A stretch of DNA of 64,000 bases from a virus (lineage: Duplodnaviria > Caudoviricetes), in IMG/VR virus record IMGVR_UViG_3300011008_000002. One strand, 5' to 3'. The notes under the pieces are model-generated. The model had not been told where the DNA came from. It ran no database searches and was given only the letters and a program-made list of their open reading frames with translations. Below are positions 1 through 9,225 of the stretch, in pieces (the first letter of the stretch is position 1; each line of letters opens with the position of its first letter). The position numbers and the translations under genes were made by a program.

Positions 1-781
1 ATGAAGAACTCAGTACAGTAGAGCCGTACAAGTTGATTTCGCTCATCAGGCAGAGCATTACGTCTTTCCAACTAGCATTGGAAGCTGCACCCGTCCATCC
101 ATCGTATGCGTTACTCTTCAGATTGGTATCAACCGCTGTAGTGAGCCAATTCCTGTAGGTCAGGATCTTGTTACTCAATGCAGTCTGAAGTGCCGCTGCA
201 TAGATAGGAAGAGTGGTCGTATGCATAACGGAACTGGAATAACCACCTTCAGTGGTATTCGTATTGTTCATCTTTGCAGTCGTCTTGAAGCAATCCTTCG
301 GAACGATAACTGCATGGTGCCTTGTCAAAGCAGTATCTCCGTTCTGTAAGAACGTATCGAAATCTGCCAATACGCAATCAACAACCTCAGTTCCGCCGAG
401 GGTCGTGTTGATTGTAACAGTGAAATAGTCACCGATGTAAAGATCATCGAATGAACCGTCCGCAATCCTGGAAGCGATAGTCTCAACAGAGTAGATGCTC
501 GTCAGATCCCTTCCACGATAAACTGCATTATGGGCGGCTGCTCCTGCTCCAGTAGAATTACCGGTCAACTGTGAAAGTTCGGCAACCTGCTGTTTAAGCT
601 CCGTCACACCCTGTACCAGTTCATCCGGGGCAAAAGCTGCAAGGAAATCTGCTTCTGTACCGCTGAAACCGTTACGAACGGCTATGTCATAACTGGACTC
701 ACCACACATAGCGGCAACTCCAGCAAAAGTTCCAGACGAACTTCTGACTTTCAAGATGTTGTTGCTAATCTTCTTAGCCAT
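1..781 (-). CDS. Putative tail/receptor-binding protein with DUF6273-like domain, truncated by the window edge
   Basis: Not in the ORF track because it runs off the left edge. ATG at 781 with AAGGAGGT RBS. Translation MAKKISNNILKVR...AAAHNAVYRGRDLT...SFDDLYIGDYF...MNNTNTTEGGYSSSVMH...LMSEINLYG is typical of Firmicute phage tail-associated proteins. Confidence 0.7.
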   Translation of the reverse strand, partial: MAKKISNNILKVRSSSGTFAGVAAMCGESSYDIAVRNGFSGTEADFLAAFAPDELVQGVTELKQQVAELSQLTGNSTGAGAAAHNAVYRGRDLTSIYSVETIASRIADGSFDDLYIGDYFTVTINTTLGGTEVVDCVLADFDTFLQNGDTALTRHHAVIVPKDCFKTTAKMNNTNTTEGGYSSSVMHTTTLPIYAAALQTALSNKILTYRNWLTTAVDTNLKSNAYDGWTGAASNASWKDVMLCLMSEINLYGSTVLSSS

Positions 782-847
782 GATAAGTGTACCTCCTTAT
801 TATAATCATTTTTATTACAGAAGCTATCTTTAGCTTGAGTAGTTACA

Positions 848-1543
848 TTAAGAAATCAAGGATAGCCCAAGTTCCCTTCTGAGGCTATTAATCTCAGACT
901 TAATCTTGGTACTACTCCATGTGTCAGTTGAGCTTGATGAATTATCGTCAATCTCCGGAACCCAGAAATCATCTGACGGAGCTGTATCAATCCACAGCTT
1001 CACATCTGATGCCGTCGGTTGCGTAGAACCGACGTAAACATCCTTATTGAGATTACCGAGCATGGTGTTGATCTTAGAGCTACTCCAAGTGTCTGTACTG
1101 TTTACAGTATCATCCTTAATTTCAGGAACAAAAAATGACTCAACCTGCGATGCAGGAGTTGTATCAACCCACGCTTGTACATATGTCTGCGAAGGTTCTG
1201 ATGTGCCGACATAAACATCACGCCTATTCAGAATCTGTTGTCTCACTGCTTCTCCGGCTGATGTATAAGTCGTACCATCAACTCCGATACGAATATCCAG
1301 CAACTCACCGTCAGCAGAAACCGATCCACTGGAACTCAACATATCAACACGATTTCGTTCGACCGTTAAATCAGAATTTAACTGACTTATGAGGTATGCC
1401 AAAGTACCAGAGATGTTACTGTTCTTCTCAGTGGCATCCAATGCATAACGACCGACAGTCGTAATATTAGACTGGTTACGAATCGTAGCACCAAGGCGTA
1501 TCTGATCCGTGAGTCTCTGTATTAACTGGTCCTGTAATTGCAT
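848..1543 (-). CDS. Virion/tail-associated protein with duplicated DTWSS.KI repeat
   Basis: RBS and late promoter upstream. Internal repeat VYVG..P...WVDT.P...VPEI.D.....DTWSS.KI occurs twice. Confidence 0.7.
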   Translation of the reverse strand: MQLQDQLIQRLTDQIRLGATIRNQSNITTVGRYALDATEKNSNISGTLAYLISQLNSDLTVERNRVDMLSSSGSVSADGELLDIRIGVDGTTYTSAGEAVRQQILNRRDVYVGTSEPSQTYVQAWVDTTPASQVESFFVPEIKDDTVNSTDTWSSSKINTMLGNLNKDVYVGSTQPTASDVKLWIDTAPSDDFWVPEIDDNSSSSTDTWSSTKIKSEINSLRRELGLSLIS

Positions 1544-1570
1544 TACACCTCTTCTCCTTTCTATAGTATT

Positions 1571-1583
1571 TTATAGATGTGTT
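1571..1583 (-). promoter_or_regulatory. Late promoter motif AACA-N6-TAA
   Basis: Minus strand AACAcatctaTAA upstream of the 1543 start. Confidence 0.65.
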
Positions 1584-1693
1584 AAAAGATAAAAAGCCAG
1601 TGCGTCCTTGGACTGTGCATATCTGTGCGTAGTTTCATTACGCACTGACTCCAATCTCTTTTATGTCTTTGTTTCGATATAAGCTTGTATTTC

Positions 1694-2500
1694 TTAAATC
1701 ATCGAAATAAGAGTAACAGGTCCGACAATACCGTCAACCGTGAGTTCATGAGACATTTGCCATCCACGAACTGCTGTCCTTGTTCCGGGACCAAACAGAC
1801 CATCTTCTGTAATACCAAGTCTTGTCTGAACGAACCTTACCGTTTCTCCCCTAGAACCAATTTCAAATCGACCCGCTCTAGGATTGAACTTTGCCTGCAA
1901 ACAGATTTTCTGTATAGCAGCTTTCGTTTTCGGTCCGCATTTTCCATCTTCAGTCAGACTTGCAATTTTGTCTACATTGATTGCTTTCTGTAAGAGTAAG
2001 CAATTCGTAGAAGGAGTAACATTACACTCCGTTTTGAATTCGGTCTTAGTCTCGTTCTCCTTATCAGTAGGAGTATTGAACAATGCCTGTTCTGCCGCTC
2101 TCCTATTTACCAGACCCTGTAAAACTTTTCCTGCTGCTTTGTTATACATTACTATTGCAGCGGAAATCTGCTCAAGATTTCTATTCTTACAAAGGTTCTT
2201 GAGATTTCCTCCTCCGCAATTATATGTGAATGATACCAAAGCATCAAACTGGTTTTGGTTTAGTTGATCAGTTACAGGGCAGTAAAGAACATTGTTCACA
2301 GTGTTCTCAAACTTCGTCAGATCACTCTTTAAAAGTTCTTCTGCCCTCGCCTGTGTAATCGTTAATCCTTCCGTAACATCAGCACCAGTATGACCATAAC
2401 CGATTGTAAGAACTCCTGCTGCACATCTATATGCAGTAAGTCTACAACCTTCGAACTTCATAATCATATTGACGCCATTCTGACTTGTCTTCTGTCCCAT
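1694..2500 (-). CDS. Endolysin: GH24 phage lysozyme plus C-terminal peptidoglycan-binding repeats
   Basis: FEGCRLTAY..AGVLTIGYGH, LNQNQFDALVSFTYNCG and GLVNRRAAE motifs; three DG..GP.T repeats. Confidence 0.93.
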   Translation of the reverse strand: MGQKTSQNGVNMIMKFEGCRLTAYRCAAGVLTIGYGHTGADVTEGLTITQARAEELLKSDLTKFENTVNNVLYCPVTDQLNQNQFDALVSFTYNCGGGNLKNLCKNRNLEQISAAIVMYNKAAGKVLQGLVNRRAAEQALFNTPTDKENETKTEFKTECNVTPSTNCLLLQKAINVDKIASLTEDGKCGPKTKAAIQKICLQAKFNPRAGRFEIGSRGETVRFVQTRLGITEDGLFGPGTRTAVRGWQMSHELTVDGIVGPVTLISMI

Positions 2501-2529
2501 TGTAAGGTTACCTCCCCTTTTGAGTTATT

Positions 2530-3198
2530 TTATTGAGTTTGAGTTGTCACTGTGAAACTCCCATCTGCTGCAATCGTTGTTGTATAAGTCTTAGTAGCAG
2601 TATCGTTGGAATCTCTTTCAGTAACTGTAACTGTGTTACCATCACTGGATACAACCATTCGTTCGCTCGTTCCATCCAAATAATTAAGGATAATAGCACC
2701 TGTCTCATCAACTTCACCAGAAACAACTGGTAACAGATGCGAAGCATATCCCCATGTACCGCGGCTTGTCAGAACCTTCTCGACATCAGTACTTGATGGC
2801 GCAGGAACTAATCCTTCTTCCCCAGCACTTTGACCAGTAGTTCCAACAAAGGACGAAAGGGATACCCATTCTCCGACTGTTGTTGAACCTCCACTGGTTG
2901 ACACAATTGCGTGCCAAGTTTTTGCCTTTCCGGAAGTATCTACTCCAGTTATGGATAGCAATGCAGAGCCTGTTGATCCATTGAAAAATACTTCACGAAC
3001 TCCCCAGGACAAGTCTGAGGGTATGTTTGTCGATGTTGTATTGACTACATGCGGTTGATTAGTTGAATGAAAGGGGTTAGTGATATTTATCGCAGTTGCA
3101 CTGGACAAAATACCATTCTGATAAGCGGATTGAAGGGTTTGTGCATTGACCTTTGAGGTGGAGCGGTATCCATCTCTAGCCATTAGTGCCTGTCCCAT
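2530..3198 (-). CDS. Tail-fibre-related hypothetical protein
   Basis: Thr/Ser/Gly-rich; GLVPAP....KVL...GTW segment common in tail-fibre proteins; RBS present. Confidence 0.6.
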   Translation of the reverse strand: MGQALMARDGYRSTSKVNAQTLQSAYQNGILSSATAINITNPFHSTNQPHVVNTTSTNIPSDLSWGVREVFFNGSTGSALLSITGVDTSGKAKTWHAIVSTSGGSTTVGEWVSLSSFVGTTGQSAGEEGLVPAPSSTDVEKVLTSRGTWGYASHLLPVVSGEVDETGAIILNYLDGTSERMVVSSDGNTVTVTERDSNDTATKTYTTTIAADGSFTVTTQTQ

Positions 3199-3306
3199 AA
3201 AACTTATCTCCTTTCTTTTTATTTTTACAAAAGTAAAGGTGGGGAAGTGTATACAAACCTTCCCCTTCCTTAACTTTAGTAATCATACTAAAGCCTATCT
3301 TAAGCA

Positions 3307-4371
3307 TTACAAACAGAATGCCGGAAGAAGACGGTACTCACTCGAAGCATCACCAGTATTCCGGTCACCGTCACTCTCAACAAACACGAACTGCTTGTTG
3401 TTGTCTATTGCAGCAGACCTAGTCCAGTAGTTATCATACCCAGACACAACATCACTCTGCTTCTTCTTGAGATTTGCAGAGTTCTTGTAGTAATCATACT
3501 GGTCTCCCTGATTAGTGGTGCTGAGTTCAGACATACCTGTCAGCTCAATTTCAGAGAGTAAGAATACCTTATCGGAAACAATAACCAGATTGTTGGAACG
3601 GTTTCCGATATCGCAAGTTTTATCAACAGACTTAATCATAGCAACAAGAGCCGGGTCAAGTGCATTCAAGAATGCATTGTTGCACCACGCCCTACGCTTG
3701 GAGTCTCTCCAACCACCAGAGTTAGTAGCAGAAGAATTCATGAACCCTGCATTACCAATACCATTGGACATCTGCAAGGTGATTGCAGCCTTTCCGCTAC
3801 CAGTGATATAATCATGATTGAAACCAATGATCGTAATATTCTGAGACATCGCAGGATGGTTCTCAGTAACACCATTCTGTGCAGGAATTGCATTGTAGGT
3901 AATCTTTTTGGTATCACCAACATTCCAATACTCAGACAAATCAATCATACCTGCATAATGCCTCTTGAGCATTACAGCAATCTGTTCAAACGATGCTTCT
4001 GCAAACGGTACCATACCATTTACAGACCCATCAGTCTTCACCTTTGTCTGAATTTGATGAGTAACATCATCAAAGAAGGTATCCACCTGCTCCATCAAAG
4101 TCCCATCGGCGGCATAACCCTTAACCGTGTAGGTATTATCGCCAGTAGTCGTCAGAATTTCAATTGTTCCATCACTGTATCGTGCAGTGACCTGATTGTT
4201 TGATATTTCGTATACTGCATTCTTGTCGTTGTATCTACCCATCACCTTCTGGTTCAGAAGGGCAGTAAGATAAGAAGGGGCAAAGTTCTTCATGCTTTTA
4301 TCGAATAAGTCGATAGCAATATCAGGGATATCGCCATTCATAGGCTCTCCCATATACATTGAAACTGCCAT
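3307..4371 (-). CDS. DUF6273-like domain protein
   Basis: WNVGDTK, IIGFNHD, TNSGGWRDS.RR.W, DKVFLLSE.E and YWTRS motifs; C-terminal PAFCL. Confidence 0.75.
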   Translation of the reverse strand: MAVSMYMGEPMNGDIPDIAIDLFDKSMKNFAPSYLTALLNQKVMGRYNDKNAVYEISNNQVTARYSDGTIEILTTTGDNTYTVKGYAADGTLMEQVDTFFDDVTHQIQTKVKTDGSVNGMVPFAEASFEQIAVMLKRHYAGMIDLSEYWNVGDTKKITYNAIPAQNGVTENHPAMSQNITIIGFNHDYITGSGKAAITLQMSNGIGNAGFMNSSATNSGGWRDSKRRAWCNNAFLNALDPALVAMIKSVDKTCDIGNRSNNLVIVSDKVFLLSEIELTGMSELSTTNQGDQYDYYKNSANLKKKQSDVVSGYDNYWTRSAAIDNNKQFVFVESDGDRNTGDASSEYRLLPAFCL

Positions 4372-4396
4372 GTGTTGTCATCTCCTTTCTTTTATT

Positions 4397-4861
4397 TTAA
4401 GAATTCAACCTGTTGCTGATTTCTGTGAGTGCATAACTGATATCTGCGACAGCTCTCTCAAGGACATCGAGTCTACCACTAAAGGAATTAATCAGTTTTG
4501 TAGCTTCAGCTGTATCCATCTCCGCTGCGATGTTATACAACCTTGATCCGTTGTCTTCATTTGCAAAGTATCCCATTTGCTGAAGATCCTTTATAGTCTT
4601 ATCCGTAATCAGCCATTCAGTCTGAGGGTCATTCCTGTCATCATCGGACAAACTTTGATATGTATCCCAAGTGCAGCACTTCTTCCTAACAATAGCGGTG
4701 TTAGTATTAGTTGGCATAGGATTTTTCATATCGTTGATGATGTAAACAACACCCGGATTATTCTTTTCGGCTGTGGATAACTTTTCATAATCGGCTGAGG
4801 AGATGGCTCTATTCCGAATACCACCGCCACCACCAGATCCGTTTAAATAAGCGTATCCCAT
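4397..4861 (-). CDS. Hypothetical late protein with two Y..LS..E/D.N.P repeats
   Basis: RBS AAGGAG; late promoter at 4916-4928; internal repeat. Confidence 0.7.
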   Translation of the reverse strand: MGYAYLNGSGGGGGIRNRAISSADYEKLSTAEKNNPGVVYIINDMKNPMPTNTNTAIVRKKCCTWDTYQSLSDDDRNDPQTEWLITDKTIKDLQQMGYFANEDNGSRLYNIAAEMDTAEATKLINSFSGRLDVLERAVADISYALTEISNRLNS

Positions 4862-4915
4862 ACTTTCAGTCTCCTTTCTTAATATTTTTTAATATACAAA
4901 TTAGATACACTGAAT

Positions 4916-4928
4916 TTATATTTATGTT
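4916..4928 (-). promoter_or_regulatory. Late promoter motif
   Basis: Minus strand AACAtaaataTAA. Confidence 0.65.
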
Positions 4929-5005
4929 CAAAAACACCATAGTATTGCCCTTGGGAGCATAGAAAAATACACACAATAATTTTTATTTATAAAAATTTTC
5001 ACCAT

Positions 5006-5018
5006 AACAAAAAAATAA
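5006..5018 (+). promoter_or_regulatory. Late promoter motif, or U-tract of a minus-strand terminator
   Basis: AACAaaaaaaTAA directly before a structured ORF-free region. Confidence 0.4.
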
Positions 5019-5280
5019 TCTGAAGGTAAGCTTTATGTTTGCCTCAGATAAATAAGGAGTCAATTAGCGAACACAAGAGAGAAATCGAACATTAGGAGAG
5101 CAGTGATTCCGCCGAGGGTTATAAAATAAGATGGGTATGCCGTGTGGAGACCAATACCCGGGGTTGGTTAGCGGTAATAGGATACCTTGGTGGGCTGTGG
5201 TTTTGTTGCGATGGGAGTGTTCAAAGTTGACGTAGAAAGAGGAGAGGGACATCGGAAAAGAGCCGGTGTCCCTCCCTTTG
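5018..5280 (+). ncRNA. Candidate rod-shaped (6S-like) structured RNA
   Basis: Nested stems 5059-65/5225-31, 5069-74/5217-22, 5084-87/5209-12, 5088-91/5204-07, 5100-04/5194-98, 5109-17/5185-93 and 5133-38/5154-59. Terminal hairpin 5244-5274. GC-richer than flanks and no credible ORF. Confidence 0.6.
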
Positions 5281-5294
5281 TACTTACAAAAAAT

Positions 5295-5330
5295 AAACCC
5301 CTGTCAATAAAATAACTTTGACAGGGGTTT
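5295..5330 (-). terminator. Intrinsic terminator hairpin
   Basis: Perfect 13 bp inverted repeat followed by ATTTTTTGT on the minus strand. Confidence 0.75.
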
Positions 5331-5512
5331 GCTTATTTAGAACAATACCAACGGTTTGTCTGAGCTAAATATATCATCAAGCTCATCTGTATTGTGGATG
5401 ATACCACTATCGTCCACACCAAGTCAACATAGTTAGTTACTGTTTTAATGTGGTCAGTCTCCACAGTGAATGGGAACATAGTAATTCCCGTTGTTTGTCT
5501 TATGTATACAGA

Positions 5513-5523
5513 TTTAGTATAGT
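5513..5523 (-). promoter_or_regulatory. Early promoter motif variant
   Basis: Minus strand ACTATACTAAA, one mismatch to ACTATATTAAA. Confidence 0.4.
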
Positions 5524-5569
5524 ACTAAAATAGCTGCGAAACGGAATTTTGGTTATAATATAAAAAATG

Positions 5570-5594
5570 AAAGAGGGATGATAAATCCCTCTTT
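5570..5594 (-). terminator. Intrinsic terminator
   Basis: AAAGAGGGAT/ATCCCTCTTT hairpin plus T-tract after the 5602 stop. Confidence 0.8.
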
Positions 5595-5601
5595 CTTGTC
5601 T

Positions 5602-6795
5602 TTATCGAATCATCTCTGCAACAAACAATGAGAACGCCATACAACCTTGCTCCATGATTAGTGAATATGCTGGTTCAGCACCATTCTTCTGAACTAAGAA
5701 ATACACCACCAACGAAACTTCCCGTTCTGTCAGATTTAAACCTATCAGAGCGAAATCTTCTTTGGTTCTTTTGATTACTGACTTTGCAGTGACTCTACCA
5801 ATATTGGGAATTATCATATCGTTATCAGCGTTCACTTCATCTATTGATTCGATACATCTATGAATTTGATCACGAATATTTGAAATCCCACCGCTCTTTT
5901 CGAGATAGTCATTGAATTTACTTTCGTTCTTATATTCATACCGCTGCATATATGAGTTAGTGGTTGAAATGAATGATGCACTGTATAACCGATCCATAAA
6001 TTCGTTATTCTTAACCTGATAACACTTATGAAATTCTCCCTTCGGGATCATGACAATTTTTCCTTCTGACATAGCATCCAAATCATACCACGCATCCACT
6101 GCAAACAGAGCGTTATAATGCATTCGATTATCTCCTGCATATAGTATTTCATTGGTTCTCGTATCAAGTACAACCATAGGAACGTTCATGGGATCATTCC
6201 AGAATTCATCACAATCAAGGAGTTTACTCAGTACAATTCTTCCAACTTCATAATAATTACCACTACCTTTCATATATGGTTTATTGTATATATCCTGTTG
6301 TTCTTGTGCATCTCCCTCTGTCTTGAAGATGTCAACCAAGAAGATTTCGCCGTTTTGCCTATAGAATAACATATAAGCAGAGAACAATCTGTTACTCAAT
6401 GGTATTTCTTTAATTCCTCTACCTTTGCATTCTTTACAAGGATGAATTCCATCTGCATCAATAACTGTACCGGAACCTGAACATCTTTCGCATAATACAT
6501 GGTCAAGTGCCATATCCATGATGTCATATCTGGAACCACTGTATACCTTTTGGAATTTTCCCATCATATCCCTGAATACGTTATCAGGATAAGTCGAATC
6601 ATCACCCAAAGTTCTCAAAGTATTGGCATAGAATATCCTGTCTTTGACAACTTCCATAGATGCAATTTCATGGTTACAATTCGGGGGATTTACTTTACAC
6701 CCCTGAGCATGAGCACATAGTTCACACATAGGCATTTCACCATCAAGTTTTGTTGCATCATCGAATACATCAAGATCTTGCACTAATTTCATCAT
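5602..6795 (-). CDS. Hypothetical protein with DnaJ-type CxxCxGxG zinc finger
   Basis: CERCSGSG and CKECKGRG; extra N-terminal Cys cluster; RBS AAGGAGG. Confidence 0.75.
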   Translation of the reverse strand: MMKLVQDLDVFDDATKLDGEMPMCELCAHAQGCKVNPPNCNHEIASMEVVKDRIFYANTLRTLGDDSTYPDNVFRDMMGKFQKVYSGSRYDIMDMALDHVLCERCSGSGTVIDADGIHPCKECKGRGIKEIPLSNRLFSAYMLFYRQNGEIFLVDIFKTEGDAQEQQDIYNKPYMKGSGNYYEVGRIVLSKLLDCDEFWNDPMNVPMVVLDTRTNEILYAGDNRMHYNALFAVDAWYDLDAMSEGKIVMIPKGEFHKCYQVKNNEFMDRLYSASFISTTNSYMQRYEYKNESKFNDYLEKSGGISNIRDQIHRCIESIDEVNADNDMIIPNIGRVTAKSVIKRTKEDFALIGLNLTEREVSLVVYFLVQKNGAEPAYSLIMEQGCMAFSLFVAEMIR

Positions 6796-6876
6796 TCGTC
6801 CCTCCTTAGGAATAATATAGAAGAGCGTTGATAACGTTTGTCGTCAACAGCTCTTCTTTAGTTTGTATTTCTACCT

Positions 6877-6887
6877 TTTAATATAGT
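6877..6887 (-). promoter_or_regulatory. Early promoter motif ACTATATTAAA
   Basis: Exact consensus in intergenic position. Confidence 0.65.
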
Positions 6888-6897
6888 TGCTAAACTA

Positions 6898-7941
6898 TCA
6901 TGACGTTGCTTGGAAATTAGGATTACGTAATGTAACCTCATGACGAACTGAGCCATCGCTTTGTCTTACCTCTGTGAGATTACCAAAAGCTCTAGTAGCA
7001 ACATTTATGAATGCATCATAGTTGTTATTCTTCCCACGAGGTATAGGAAATGATATTGTCTTAAATCTTCCAACGTACTTTGTTAAAATTGTACTATAGA
7101 ATATACTCGCAACGTCGTAAGGATCGTTCTTAAATACTCCACAACCAAATGCACCCAAAACAAGATGCATTGTACGAGACAAATTCGCTACTATCATGAC
7201 GGTTTCAATTCTTTCCTCTAATGCGTTATGAATCGCTTTCATATGACTTGGAAGCGTGTCGTTCGATGAAAATCTACGACCATAAGCATTCAAGTTAGGT
7301 GCAGCGCAATTAATCACGTTTGCTTTCCAACTCTCAGCATTAACAATGTCATTTTCTTCATTACCGAACCGGCTTCTTGCGAAAAACTTTATAAATGGCG
7401 TATAGAGAACGTCATTCATATATAAACCGTTATTCAAATACTTTTTATGGTCAGAATAATATAATGAAGAAAAGCATCTTAATACTTCATATAATGTGCT
7501 ATGATGACATAGACTTTCCTCCTGAGCAGGTGACCCATTTAAGAACATTCCACCAGGATTTTTGAATGATGCAAAGTTGAGTACTGTTACATCATTATTC
7601 TCTGTCTGTCCATCTTTATAGTAGTCATACAGACATTGTTCTGATGTTTGGTTAGTGAATTTAATTGTAGTGGTTCCTACATTCGGAATACCGTCAACGA
7701 ACATTGTTTCGTCGATAAATCTCATACCATCATCAGAACAAATAATACTACCCAAAAACTTCGTCATTTTAATATTGGGTGAGTCAAGTTTTATCAATGT
7801 ATCCATAAGTTCATGGTCACATATGAATGCATACTGAGAAGATTCCATAATCGAATCCAACGCTTTTTCTTTCGTTGTCTTCCACCATCTGTTAGCGTAT
7901 ATAGCTCGTTCTTCTTTACTAGCTTCTTTAAGATTGAGCAT
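6898..7941 (-). CDS. Bacterial-type poly(ADP-ribose) glycohydrolase / TIGR02452 (DUF2263) macrodomain protein
   Basis: LNFAS.KNPGG.F.NG..AQEESL catalytic loop, CAAPN and LVLGAFGCGVF.NDP motifs. Confidence 0.9.
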   Translation of the reverse strand: MLNLKEASKEERAIYANRWWKTTKEKALDSIMESSQYAFICDHELMDTLIKLDSPNIKMTKFLGSIICSDDGMRFIDETMFVDGIPNVGTTTIKFTNQTSEQCLYDYYKDGQTENNDVTVLNFASFKNPGGMFLNGSPAQEESLCHHSTLYEVLRCFSSLYYSDHKKYLNNGLYMNDVLYTPFIKFFARSRFGNEENDIVNAESWKANVINCAAPNLNAYGRRFSSNDTLPSHMKAIHNALEERIETVMIVANLSRTMHLVLGAFGCGVFKNDPYDVASIFYSTILTKYVGRFKTISFPIPRGKNNNYDAFINVATRAFGNLTEVRQSDGSVRHEVTLRNPNFQATS

Positions 7942-8446
7942 AGACGATTTCTCCCTTCTGATTGATTATATTCGTAATGGGCTTTTGCATCCGTTCTGCG
8001 TATTTAATGCAATGATAAGTCCCACCTTCTTTTTTCCCATTCCAGACAGCTAATATCTCATCTGAATTATCAACCATAAAATGGTTCCTTCTCTCTAATA
8101 CATAAGGTTGATATTCATCTTCAGTAACATAAACTACACGGTTTGCCTTTTTAAGAAGGTTCTCAAAATTCTCGATGTCGGTTTTGTTAAACCATTTCTC
8201 TTGATAATGGAAACAAGGAACGGCACATAGTAAACCGATATCGTAATTCTTATTGTCTCTTAAATCAAGTACAGCCTGACCAAATACTGTGTCTACCCCA
8301 AGAGCCATACCAGTGATAGCCATAGTACATTTCTTTTCTATAAGAATAGATTGAAACGTATCAAACAACTTTCTCCACTTAGGATGAGTGAGGTCATACC
8401 CATATAGAGTTTTTGGTCTATGTCCAGTCACGCAAATTGTTTTCAT
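7928..8446 (-). CDS. YspA-like SLOG family protein (DUF1273)
   Basis: CVTGHRP, TGMALGVD, RNHFMVDNSD and GGTYHC motifs. Confidence 0.9.
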   Translation of the reverse strand: MKTICVTGHRPKTLYGYDLTHPKWRKLFDTFQSILIEKKCTMAITGMALGVDTVFGQAVLDLRDNKNYDIGLLCAVPCFHYQEKWFNKTDIENFENLLKKANRVVYVTEDEYQPYVLERRNHFMVDNSDEILAVWNGKKEGGTYHCIKYAERMQKPITNIINQKGEIVYAQS

Positions 8447-8478
8447 AGATTGAACTTCTCCTTTTTACCAGTGATATT

Positions 8479-9099
8479 TTAATCTAAGTTATTAAGTGCT
8501 ACGCATTTTCTCATACCTTCTGGATTGATGAATTTGGTATAAGGTTCTTTTACTGGTGGTTTTGATAGACTGTATTCTTCATTCCTACGCATCTCCTCAT
8601 CTTTTAATGCTTTATTATAATCTATCAACACTGAGATTTGGAATGTTAAATCTTCTTCATCTTCCCCAGTATCCAAAAGTAATGCGTATATACTAAATGT
8701 TGGTCCAGATATTAGTTCACGTCCAATACGATTTATTATTTCAAAGCCTTTAGGTTCACGTTGAATAAAATCTCTTACACCATATGAACGACAATCCCCT
8801 GTTGTTTCTATTAGTCTCTTAGGTATCCGATCTACTGGTGGGAATAACGGATAATATGGGTTATCCAGAAAATATGGATTTAGAAAACGTACTGTACTAT
8901 TCGGTACTGGTACTACTTGTAAATATAGGTCAAATTCCACATCGAATATAACCCTACGTCTAAATGTTGGAAATATTGCGATTGTTGTATCGGCAGTAAA
9001 TACCACTGATCTATAATTGTTGGTATCACTCTTAGAAAGTGCAATTCCGTTATTTTTCCTAGTGTTTATTTTAAATTGACTTATTATTTCTCTTGGCAT
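8479..9099 (-). CDS. Hypothetical protein
   Basis: AAGGAGG RBS; promoter-like TATATATTAA upstream. Confidence 0.75.
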   Translation of the reverse strand: MPREIISQFKINTRKNNGIALSKSDTNNYRSVVFTADTTIAIFPTFRRRVIFDVEFDLYLQVVPVPNSTVRFLNPYFLDNPYYPLFPPVDRIPKRLIETTGDCRSYGVRDFIQREPKGFEIINRIGRELISGPTFSIYALLLDTGEDEEDLTFQISVLIDYNKALKDEEMRRNEEYSLSKPPVKEPYTKFINPEGMRKCVALNNLD

Positions 9100-9126
9100 A
9101 TATGTCCTCCTTCTAATTATTTTAAG

Positions 9127-9137
9127 GTTAATATATA
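9127..9137 (-). promoter_or_regulatory. Early promoter motif variant
   Basis: Minus strand TATATATTAAC preceded by a T-tract. Confidence 0.5.
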
Positions 9138-9185
9138 TCTAAAAAATAAAATGTAAATGCAAAAATAAACTGTGAAACAAATTTT

Positions 9186-9220
9186 AATAGAGTGGGATTA
9201 TTGTCTAATCCCACTCTATT
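9186..9220 (-). terminator. Intrinsic terminator hairpin
   Basis: Perfect 15 bp inverted repeat just after the 9226 stop. Confidence 0.8.
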
Positions 9221-9225
9221 ATCAA

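Noticed and set aside
5064-5252. 62 aa minus-strand ORF
   Set aside because: No RBS and the start lies within a hairpin; the region is better explained as structured RNA.
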